Origin: Nanopusillaceae archaeon | GTDB lineage: Archaea; Nanobdellota; Nanobdellia; Nanobdellales; Nanobdellaceae | DNA: 28,645 bases | Reading direction: 5' to 3' | Assembly: GCA_038735675.1 (NCBI GenBank) | Contig: JAVYNJ010000005.1 | Location: 1 to 28,645, forward strand | In this document: positions 1 through 6,588 of the stretch, one piece after another | Layout: every line of letters starts with the position of its first letter | Numbering within the stretch: the stretch's first letter is position 1 | Position numbers and translations under genes: made by a program | Notes under the pieces: model-generated | The model's database searches: none | What the model saw: only the letters and a program-made list of their open reading frames with translations | Told to the model about the DNA's origin: nothing

Positions 1-1320
1 ATGGAAATGCAAGAGAAAGTAGCTAAAAAGGAAATAGAAGAAACAATTGTGGACAGGTTATATAAGTATAATGAAGAATATTTTAATAAAATTTTAAGGG
101 ATGTTTTAGAAAAGATTGATAAACTGGGAAAAGAAATAAAAAAGTTAAATAATTTATATTTTGAAAGAGATTTATCTACAGGATTCTTTTTAGGATATTT
201 AAATAATTTAAAGATGTATATAGACGATCTATACTCAACTTTGAGTTTTATATATTCTAGTTATTTGTATAAAAAAGAAGAACAAAATGTTGAAATAAAA
301 TATGTACCGTTAGCTCTTAATTATTTAAGTGAATTAAGAAAAAAGATAGATAATATTAGTGAACAAATTCAAAATGTATCAAAAGAATATGGAATCGGAG
401 AAATAGAAAGTAGGAAAAAAATTAGGGAGATAATTGACAATTCTAATATCTATAAAGATTTTTTAAATTTAATAGAAGGAAAAACTTACTTAATTTTAAA
501 TTTTGCTTTGCAAGAACTTGAAAATATGCGTTATCCAATTTTAAAACCTTTCCCTGCAGTAGCAATAGATTCTGCTATTGATTCTTTCAAAAGAAGTTTA
601 GATCGCTTTTTAGAGGATATAAAAAAAGATAAAGAAAAATTGAATTCAATAGATGTAGTATTTCCAAAAATATATTTTGAACACGTTTATCCAGAAGATG
701 CAATTTCTAGACCAGAAATTTTAAAGGAATTTGTTGAAAAAGCTAGAAAAGCTCTTTTTGAAATTTTAGATAAACATCCTGAAGTAAAAAACAAAATTGT
801 AGAAAAATTTGGAAATTTAGAAAATTTTGTCGATAAATATATTGGAATAACTTTAGATGTAGCGCATTTAAAATTGTTTGAAAAATATGGGTATGAAAAA
901 GAAGATATAAAAAGATGGATTAACGAAATGAAACCATATATAAGACATATTCATATTTCTGAAAGTAAATATGGAGAAGATGTTCATATTCCATTAGGAA
1001 TGGAAAAAGACGAAATTATAAAGATGGAAATAGAAGAATTAAAAGATTTATTAGCTGAAAAAGGAATATCTGTTGTTCATGAAGTTGGAGGATGGTATTC
1101 TGGTAATTTCTTTAAATATTTTGGACCAGAATACTCGTATTTTATATCATATACATTCCCAATTAAAGATTACAATGTAGAAACATTTTATAAGTTACCT
1201 ATTCTTCCTACGTATTATGCATCTGTTTATATTGCAGATTTACCAACTTTAACAATGACGTATGGAGGATTTTCTGATGTTCCTTTAGATTTGGGCTCTT
1301 TTGGAAAACAGCAAAGATAA
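1..1320 (+). CDS. Hypothetical protein: helical K/E-rich N-terminal region plus a C-terminal segment resembling a xylose-isomerase-like TIM-barrel / AP-endonuclease-2 fold
   Basis: Long ORF beginning at the window edge, so it may extend upstream. The C-terminal part contains LDVAHL ... IRHIHISESKYGEDVHIPLG, which recalls the metal-ligand strands of the endonuclease IV / sugar-phosphate isomerase TIM-barrel family. Assignment is from motif memory only. Confidence 0.4.
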   Translation: MEMQEKVAKKEIEETIVDRLYKYNEEYFNKILRDVLEKIDKLGKEIKKLNNLYFERDLSTGFFLGYLNNLKMYIDDLYSTLSFIYSSYLYKKEEQNVEIKYVPLALNYLSELRKKIDNISEQIQNVSKEYGIGEIESRKKIREIIDNSNIYKDFLNLIEGKTYLILNFALQELENMRYPILKPFPAVAIDSAIDSFKRSLDRFLEDIKKDKEKLNSIDVVFPKIYFEHVYPEDAISRPEILKEFVEKARKALFEILDKHPEVKNKIVEKFGNLENFVDKYIGITLDVAHLKLFEKYGYEKEDIKRWINEMKPYIRHIHISESKYGEDVHIPLGMEKDEIIKMEIEELKDLLAEKGISVVHEVGGWYSGNFFKYFGPEYSYFISYTFPIKDYNVETFYKLPILPTYYASVYIADLPTLTMTYGGFSDVPLDLGSFGKQQR

Positions 1321-1337
1321 AACCAATTTATGTAATT

Positions 1338-1345
1338 TTTATAAA
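1338..1345 (+). promoter_or_regulatory. TATA-like box of secY
   Basis: TTTATAAA centred 26.5 nt upstream of the ATG at 1368. Confidence 0.3.
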
Positions 1346-1367
1346 TCTTCTAAAAATATTTTAAAAA

Positions 1368-2726
1368 ATGTTAAAAATTGATGAAATTTTAGAATATTTA
1401 CCAACTGTAAAACCCCCAGAAAGACCATTGACAGTTGAAGAAAAAATAAAAAACTCAATATTAGTTATAGTAATTTATGTTTTACTGGCTTCAATCCCAA
1501 TATTTGGAATATCTCCCGTAATTAGTCAAAGATTTTTAGAATTTATGTGGGTTTTTGGATCACATATAGGTACTTTAGCAACAGTAGGCATAGCACCAAT
1601 TATTATGGCTGGTTTATTTATGCAATTGTTGGTATTTAGCGGAATTGTTAATATAAATATTTTTGATGAGGAAAGCAGAGCCAAATATGATTCCTATGTT
1701 AAATTTTTATCAATAATTTTTTTATTAATACAATCTATTTCTTTTATATTGTCTGGAAATGTTATTCCAGATCATAATTTACCAATATCTCTACCAATAT
1801 TATATTTTATAATATTTTTGCAATTGTTTTTAGGAGGACTTATAATTATTTTACTGGATGATTTTTCAGCAAAATATGGAGTTCTTTCAGGAATAAATTT
1901 AATTATTTTCGTTTCGATTAGTATATCAGTAGCATTAAGAATATTTAATCCAGTACCATCTCCGCAGTATGCTATACATGGTTTATATATGCCAACAGGT
2001 TTACTACCTCAAGCAATAGTTTATTTAATACAGGGAAACATCTCTTTTGCTTTAGCTCTAATATTTAAAGTTTTGCTAACTTTTGCTATTTTAGCACTTG
2101 TAGCGTATTTACAATCTGTGAAAATAGAAATTCCATTATTATATATTAATATTGGTGGAAGAATAATAAAATATCCCCTAAATCTTTTATATACATCAGT
2201 ACTTCCAGCAATATTCTTATATGGTATAATAACATGGTTTCAAGTAATATTTGGAAGAAATCCAAATTCTATTCTTTATCGATTATTTTTACCCCCAAAC
2301 TTAATAATTAATATATCTCAATATGGGCTTTCTTATTTATTAGATCTCTTTAATATATTTCATATATTGTTTTATTTAATAATTTTTGTGATAGGCGGTA
2401 TGTTATTTTCTTATATGTGGGTTACAACTTCTGGTATGGATGCAAAAACAATTGCAAAATATTTGCAAACAATGCCAATACAAACTTTAAAGTATAGGGA
2501 TCCAAGATTAATAGAAAAAACCTTAGAGAAATATATTAATACATTAGCATATTTGTCAGGTATTATGATAGGATTTATAGCCGCAATTTCAGATATACTT
2601 GGTGTTGCAGTCTCTGGTATATCATTACTACTTTTAGTAGTGATAGCATCTCAAATGTATATGGAATTAGAAAGAAACGGAGCAATACAATACTTGCCTC
2701 TTATTGGAAAATATTTGATAAAATAA
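1368..2726 (+). CDS. secY: Preprotein translocase subunit SecY (Sec61 alpha)
   Basis: 452 aa and polytopic (about 10 hydrophobic helices). The N-terminus (LPTVKPPERPLTVEEKI, then TM1) is typical of archaeal SecY. It lies immediately upstream of rpl34e/rpl14e, as in the tail of the archaeal ribosomal superoperon. Confidence 0.9.
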   Translation: MLKIDEILEYLPTVKPPERPLTVEEKIKNSILVIVIYVLLASIPIFGISPVISQRFLEFMWVFGSHIGTLATVGIAPIIMAGLFMQLLVFSGIVNINIFDEESRAKYDSYVKFLSIIFLLIQSISFILSGNVIPDHNLPISLPILYFIIFLQLFLGGLIIILLDDFSAKYGVLSGINLIIFVSISISVALRIFNPVPSPQYAIHGLYMPTGLLPQAIVYLIQGNISFALALIFKVLLTFAILALVAYLQSVKIEIPLLYINIGGRIIKYPLNLLYTSVLPAIFLYGIITWFQVIFGRNPNSILYRLFLPPNLIINISQYGLSYLLDLFNIFHILFYLIIFVIGGMLFSYMWVTTSGMDAKTIAKYLQTMPIQTLKYRDPRLIEKTLEKYINTLAYLSGIMIGFIAAISDILGVAVSGISLLLLVVIASQMYMELERNGAIQYLPLIGKYLIK

Positions 2727-2759
2727 GTTTTTTAAATAATTTCTGCTAAGAACATCATA

Positions 2760-3023
2760 ATGGGAAAAAGAATATTAAAAAGAAAAACACCTTCTGGTAG
2801 AATTACAATAATAATTAAAAAAAAGAAGGGAGATTATGCTAAATGTGCAATATGTAAAAAAATTTTGAATGGAGTAGTTAGAGAACATCCTAGGGACCTA
2901 GCAAGAATAAATAAAACTCAAAAAAGAGTATCTAGAATTTATGGTGGATATCTATGTCATAAATGTTTAGAAAGATTATTAAAGAGTAAAATAAGAGAAA
3001 AATATATTCTTAAAAATATTTAA
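2760..3023 (+). CDS. rpl34e: 50S ribosomal protein L34e
   Basis: 87 aa and basic. It carries RKTPSGR...CAICKKILNGV...YGGYLCHKCL, the L34e zinc-ribbon signature. Confidence 0.9.
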   Translation: MGKRILKRKTPSGRITIIIKKKKGDYAKCAICKKILNGVVREHPRDLARINKTQKRVSRIYGGYLCHKCLERLLKSKIREKYILKNI

Positions 3024-3037
3024 TAAAAAATAACCAA

Positions 3038-3400
3038 ATGGTAGTCGAAATTGGAAGACTATGTGTAAAATTAAGAGGGAGGGAGGCTGGTAGAAGATGT
3101 GTAATAGTTGAAATCTTAGATGAAAATTTTGTTATAATTGATGGGGATGTGAAAAGGAGAAGAGTTAATATAAAGCATTTAGAGCTTTTACCTCAAGTAA
3201 TACCAATAAGGCCTGGTGCTAGTACGGAAGAAGTAGTAGAGAAGATGTTAGAAAATAAAATTCCTGTTTCTTATTGGAAATTAAAAAGAGATAATCTTTT
3301 AAATAAGAAAATAATTGATCTTTACAAAACTTATTTTGGGGAAGATTGGGAAAAAATTGCAAAATCTTTAGGATCTCCAGGTAAAAAGGCAAAAATTTAA
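3038..3400 (+). CDS. rpl14e: 50S ribosomal protein L14e (KOW domain) with a C-terminal extension
   Basis: VEIGRLCVKLRGREAGRRCVIVEILDENFVIIDG...KRRRVNIKHLE matches the L14e KOW core. At 120 aa it is longer than the usual ~80-95 aa. Confidence 0.85.
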   Translation: MVVEIGRLCVKLRGREAGRRCVIVEILDENFVIIDGDVKRRRVNIKHLELLPQVIPIRPGASTEEVVEKMLENKIPVSYWKLKRDNLLNKKIIDLYKTYFGEDWEKIAKSLGSPGKKAKI

Positions 3401-3412
3401 ATAAAAAAAATC

Positions 3413-3484
3413 TGGACCCGCCGGGATTCGAACCCGGGATCTCCGGCTAGCCAGGCCGGCATCCTACCGCTAGACTACGGGCCC
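3413..3484 (-). tRNA. tRNA-Ala (anticodon GGC)
   Basis: The reverse complement folds as a cloverleaf: GGGCCCG UA GUCU AGCGGUA GGAU G CCGGC CUGGCUA GCCGG AGAUC CCGGG UUCGAAU CCCGG CGGGUCC A. It has the G3:U70 alanine identity pair and anticodon GGC. No CCA is encoded and there is no intron. Position 37 is U, which is unusual because a purine is normally found there. Confidence 0.9.
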
Positions 3485-3505
3485 ATAAAATAAATATCTT
3501 TTTAA

Positions 3506-3513
3506 TTATTAAA
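3506..3513 (-). promoter_or_regulatory. TATA-like box upstream of tRNA-Ala
   Basis: TTTAATAA on the minus strand, centred about 25.5 nt upstream of tRNA nucleotide G1. The AT-rich background weakens this call. Confidence 0.3.
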
Positions 3514-3524
3514 TTATATTCATA

Positions 3525-3573
3525 ATGAAGATCATCGGTTCTTCTGATAAATGATGAAAAAATAAAAAACAGA
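3525..3573 (+). ncRNA. Box C/D sRNA with variant terminal boxes
   Basis: AUGAAGA(C)-UCAUCGGUUCUU-CUGA(D')-UAA-AUGAUGA(C')-AAAAAUAAAAAA-CAGA(D). It has the same 49-nt geometry as the two canonical copies. The internal C'/D' boxes are perfect; the C and D boxes each deviate by one base. Confidence 0.5.
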
Positions 3574-3771
3574 TTATTGGGCTTTTAGTTTTCCATCTTT
3601 TTCTGCTATTTTACCAAGTTTTTTCAATCTTGATACAAGGGCTTTAATTACTCTTATTTTTGTTCTTGGTTTTTTATTTTTTATTTGTTTTATTAATTCT
3701 TCTAGAGTTTTTGGTGTTGACAAAAGTTCTAAGATAGTTTCTTTTAAAGTTTTACCTCTTCTTTTTGCCAT
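3574..3771 (-). CDS. Small basic protein, possible winged-helix DNA-binding protein
   Basis: 65 aa and K/R-rich. The helix-turn-helix-like pattern is TLKETILELLSTPKTLEELIKQI followed by a wing-like KLGKIAEKDGKL. No family was recognised. Confidence 0.4.
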   Translation of the reverse strand: MAKRRGKTLKETILELLSTPKTLEELIKQIKNKKPRTKIRVIKALVSRLKKLGKIAEKDGKLKAQ

Positions 3772-3854
3772 AAATTAATAATGTTTAACTTATTTATAAA
3801 TTTTAAATTAAATATTGGGGTTAAAATCTAATGGAAAAGAAAAATACAAAGGAT

Positions 3855-3862
3855 TTTATAAT
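3855..3862 (+). promoter_or_regulatory. TATA-like box of the GTPase gene
   Basis: TTTATAAT centred 28.5 nt upstream of the ATG at 3887. Confidence 0.3.
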
Positions 3863-3886
3863 AATTTTAAATATATTTATTAAATA

Positions 3887-4621
3887 ATGAATAAAGTATA
3901 CAAAATTCTTGAAATGTCAGATATACTATTAGAAGTAGTTGATGCTAGATTTCCAAAGGATAGTAGAATTAATAAAATAGAAAAAATAATTAAAAAGAAA
4001 GGTAAAGAACTTATAATTGTAATAAACAAGTCAGATCTTGTTCCAGAGGATTTTTTATATATGGTAAAAGATGAATTTGAAATGGAATTTCCTACCGTAT
4101 ATATTTCTTGTAAGACTAGAAAAGGAAGTAGAGAATTAAGAAGAAAAATAAAGGAAAGAATACCGAAAAATAAAGATAAGGTATATATTGGAGTTTTTGG
4201 ATACCCAAATACAGGTAAATCCTCAACAATAAATTTATTAGTTGGTAGAAGTAGAGCTAAAACTTCTCCAATGCCTGGATTTACGAAAGGAATTCAATTG
4301 GTAAAATTATCTAAAAAAGTATATTTAATAGATACACCAGGAATTATTTTTCCGAAAAGGGAAGAAATTCTAGCAATTTTAGGTTCTATAGACCCTTCAA
4401 AGCTTAAAAATCCAATAATATGCTTAAATTATCTCTTAAATAAAGTGCAGAAGGAAGCTGTTCTAAAAGCATATGATATTAGTGATTATTCTTCTATTGA
4501 AGATTTTTTAATTAAATTGAAAGAGAAATATAATGTATCTACAGAGAATTGGAAAGATTTGTTATCTAGAAAAGTTTTATATGATTGGATAAATGGAAAA
4601 ATAAAAGGATATTGGTTATAA
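3887..4621 (+). CDS. Circularly permuted GTPase (YlqF/RbgA/MMR-HSR1-like ribosome-biogenesis GTPase)
   Basis: The G motifs occur in permuted order: G4 NKSD (INKSDLV), then G1 GYPNTGKSS, then G3 DTPG. Confidence 0.8.
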   Translation: MNKVYKILEMSDILLEVVDARFPKDSRINKIEKIIKKKGKELIIVINKSDLVPEDFLYMVKDEFEMEFPTVYISCKTRKGSRELRRKIKERIPKNKDKVYIGVFGYPNTGKSSTINLLVGRSRAKTSPMPGFTKGIQLVKLSKKVYLIDTPGIIFPKREEILAILGSIDPSKLKNPIICLNYLLNKVQKEAVLKAYDISDYSSIEDFLIKLKEKYNVSTENWKDLLSRKVLYDWINGKIKGYWL

Positions 4622-4659
4622 CCTACCTCATCTTCAGGTAACATCATTAATTGGTAGGT
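4621..4659 (+). repeat. Inverted repeat (7-bp stem ACCTACC/GGTAGGT, 25-nt loop) followed by a T-rich tract
   Basis: It starts at the last base of the GTPase stop codon and is followed by TATTTTTATTAATTTTT. It may be a 3'-end or terminator element; its function is unproven. Confidence 0.35.
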
Positions 4660-4701
4660 ATATTTTTATTAATTTTTAGAAAAATATAAAAATATAAAGT
4701 A

Positions 4702-4750
4702 TTGATGATGTCGAGGTACTCTGAAAAATGATGAAAAGAGGGTAATCTGA
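4702..4750 (+). ncRNA. Box C/D sRNA (canonical)
   Basis: UUGAUGA(C)-UGUCGAGGUACU-CUGA(D')-AAA-AUGAUGA(C')-AAAGAGGGUAAU-CUGA(D). The core has exact 12-nt guides and a 3-nt K-loop spacer, 49 nt in total. It lies in a convergent intergenic gap. Confidence 0.85.
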
Positions 4751-5701
4751 TTAAAGAAAAGGGGCTATTATTATTGGAAATATTATTGTTGCGTCTCCCC
4801 ATATATTTACGTGTTTAGCACTTTTTTTAATCTTCCCCCAGCTTATTGCTTCTTTTGTTTTAGCCCCAGATAAACTACCATCTTGTTCTATTGCTGATGA
4901 AATATAAACGGCATATTCTAGACCTCCACAGAATTGAGCCCACCAAATAACATGATGTTTAGAAATACCTCCACCCAATACTAAAGCCCCTGCTTTTTTA
5001 TTTCCAAAAAATGTTTTTGCCAAAAATTTTTCATCTTCCCATATATCAACATTAAAGTCGGGATTTTCATATTTATAAAATAAAATTTGTGTTCCAACAG
5101 CTCCATCAGAAATCCCTGGTATAATTATTGGAATTTTGTTTTTGTATGACCAATATATAATACTTTCTTCTTTTTTAGGATGATCCTCCAAAGTTTCTCC
5201 AAGGTACCATATAAATTCGTATGTTCCTATTCTATCTTTTTTTTCTTCTTTTATTTTTTTGTGTACTATCTTAATTCTCTCTTTTAAGAATTTTTCTATT
5301 GTTATACCATAATTTTCAACTGGTATAAAAATATTTCCGAGTCTCATAATGTTTTTTTCTTTTAAATATATATCATCAGCATCGAAAAATCCTAAGAAAT
5401 AATCCTTTTCTAATCTTGCAATATCGTGATCAAGAGTACCACAAGTAGTTATTACAATATCAAATAATTTTTTCTTAATTACTTCTTTAATTATGCCTCT
5501 GACTCCAGTAGCTACAATATCTGCTGGAAAGCTTATAACTTTAATTAAATCTTTTCTATTTAACATTTCTTCTAACACTTTATAACCTCTATATAGTTCT
5601 TGAGCTTGAAAGCCTCCAATGTTTGATAAAGTATTTATAAAATCCTTAATTCTCATATTTCCATCAATTTTAATATCTTTTACCTTTTCCATATTTTTCA
5701 T
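4751..5701 (-). CDS. dys: Deoxyhypusine synthase
   Basis: 316 aa. The motifs ISFPADIVATGVRG, ITTCGTLDHDI and GGGISKHH are characteristic of DHS. Confidence 0.9.
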   Translation of the reverse strand: MKNMEKVKDIKIDGNMRIKDFINTLSNIGGFQAQELYRGYKVLEEMLNRKDLIKVISFPADIVATGVRGIIKEVIKKKLFDIVITTCGTLDHDIARLEKDYFLGFFDADDIYLKEKNIMRLGNIFIPVENYGITIEKFLKERIKIVHKKIKEEKKDRIGTYEFIWYLGETLEDHPKKEESIIYWSYKNKIPIIIPGISDGAVGTQILFYKYENPDFNVDIWEDEKFLAKTFFGNKKAGALVLGGGISKHHVIWWAQFCGGLEYAVYISSAIEQDGSLSGAKTKEAISWGKIKKSAKHVNIWGDATIIFPIIIAPFL

Positions 5702-5741
5702 AGTAAATTATATTTATAAGATTATATATGTTTTTTTAACT

Positions 5742-6065
5742 ATGGAGATTAGTTTTGAAGATTTTTTGAAAATTGACTTGCGTGTAGGAAAAATAATTGA
5801 AATAAAGGATCATCCAAATGCAGATAAGCTATATGTTATTACAGTGGATTTGGGAGATGAAAAAAGACAAATTGTTGCTGGGCTAAAAGATCAATATACA
5901 AAAGAACAGTTATTAGGTAAAAAAATAGTAGTAGTATGTAATTTAAAACCAAAAAATATAAGAGGTATAGAATCTAGAGGAATGCTTTTAGCGGCAGAAA
6001 AGAATGGAAAAGTATCAATACTCGTTCCTGATAGAGACATAGATGTAGGAGCAAAAATTTATTAA
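5742..6065 (+). CDS. Stand-alone tRNA-binding OB-fold protein (Trbp111 / CsaA / MetRS C-terminal-domain-like)
   Basis: FLKIDLRVGKIIEIKDHPNADKLYVITVDLGDEKRQIVAGL...IRGIESRGMLLAA matches this family. The start is moved to the ATG at 5742 because the track start at 5619 would overlap dys by 83 nt with a hydrophobic, non-conserved extension. Confidence 0.8.
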   Translation: MEISFEDFLKIDLRVGKIIEIKDHPNADKLYVITVDLGDEKRQIVAGLKDQYTKEQLLGKKIVVVCNLKPKNIRGIESRGMLLAAEKNGKVSILVPDRDIDVGAKIY

Positions 6066-6069
6066 TTTT

Positions 6070-6363
6070 TTATCTTAAATAAAATATTTTTGTTTCATTA
6101 TTTATATTACAAATTATTTTATCATCTTCATAAATACAAGAGAAAGAAATATTATTTAGTTTATTTGAATAACATTCTGTAAAACTTTTAAATTCTCCTA
6201 AAAAAGCACTATCTATTATTTCTACCGAACAATCTGCATATGCAATCAAGCTTTTATTAATTTTTTGAAAACTTCTTAAAATTTGATCACTAAGTAATCC
6301 TATAGCTACTATAAACATAAGAAAAGATACTAACATATACGTAGTTACAGTTTCGTATCTCAT
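6070..6363 (-). CDS. Hypothetical small membrane-anchored / secreted protein with 4 Cys
   Basis: 97 aa with an N-terminal hydrophobic helix (YMLVSFLMFIVAIGLL) followed by a Cys-containing domain. It is divergent from ftsZ. No family was recognised. Confidence 0.45.
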   Translation of the reverse strand: MRYETVTTYMLVSFLMFIVAIGLLSDQILRSFQKINKSLIAYADCSVEIIDSAFLGEFKSFTECYSNKLNNISFSCIYEDDKIICNINNETKIFYLR

Positions 6364-6487
6364 AGTAGTAATAAATAGGATAAAAAGTTTATAAAATTTT
6401 TTTTAAATATCGTATTAACCCCTTTTAACAATTTGGTTGTAAATATATTAAAAAAGTAAAAAAACTGTAAATCTTCTTTTTTATTTG

Positions 6488-6535
6488 TAAAAAATCGCTT
6501 AAATGTTTTTATTTTGCCTAAAAAATCGTTTAAAT
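6488..6535 (+). repeat. Two direct 17-mers TAAAAAATCG(C/T)TTAAAT spaced 31 bp apart, upstream of ftsZ
   Basis: Copies at 6488-6504 and 6519-6535 match at 16 of 17 positions. They lie inside the largest intergenic region of the window (6364-6588). Confidence 0.35.
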
Positions 6536-6558
6536 TACTTTTTCATGTTTCATTATAT

Positions 6559-6566
6559 TTTTATAA
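6559..6566 (+). promoter_or_regulatory. TATA-like box of ftsZ
   Basis: TTTTATAA centred 26.5 nt upstream of the ATG at 6589. Confidence 0.3.
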
Positions 6567-6588
6567 CTCACAGTAGTAATACGTAAGT

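Noticed and set aside
3832-3888. 18-codon mini-ORF (MEKKNTKDFIIILNIFIK) ending in TAATG at the GTPase start
   Set aside because: It is too short and low-complexity to support, and it lies within the presumed promoter region.
5619-5741. N-terminal extension of the tRNA-binding protein ORF
   Set aside because: It would overlap the dys 5' end by 83 nt and encodes only hydrophobic junk. The conserved domain begins right after the internal ATG at 5742.
5736-5760. Second TTAACTA half-site at the start of the tRNA-binding protein gene, considered as another copy of the ppsA palindrome
   Set aside because: The partner half is only 5/7 matched and sits at N7 spacing. It overlaps the start codon, so it is most likely chance.
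6364-6581. 10-mer AGTAGTAATA present at both ends of the ftsZ upstream spacer (6364-6373 and 6572-6581)
   Set aside because: A single 10-mer match in AT-rich DNA is only marginally unlikely by my rough estimate. There is no target-site-duplication context or mobile-element content between the copies.
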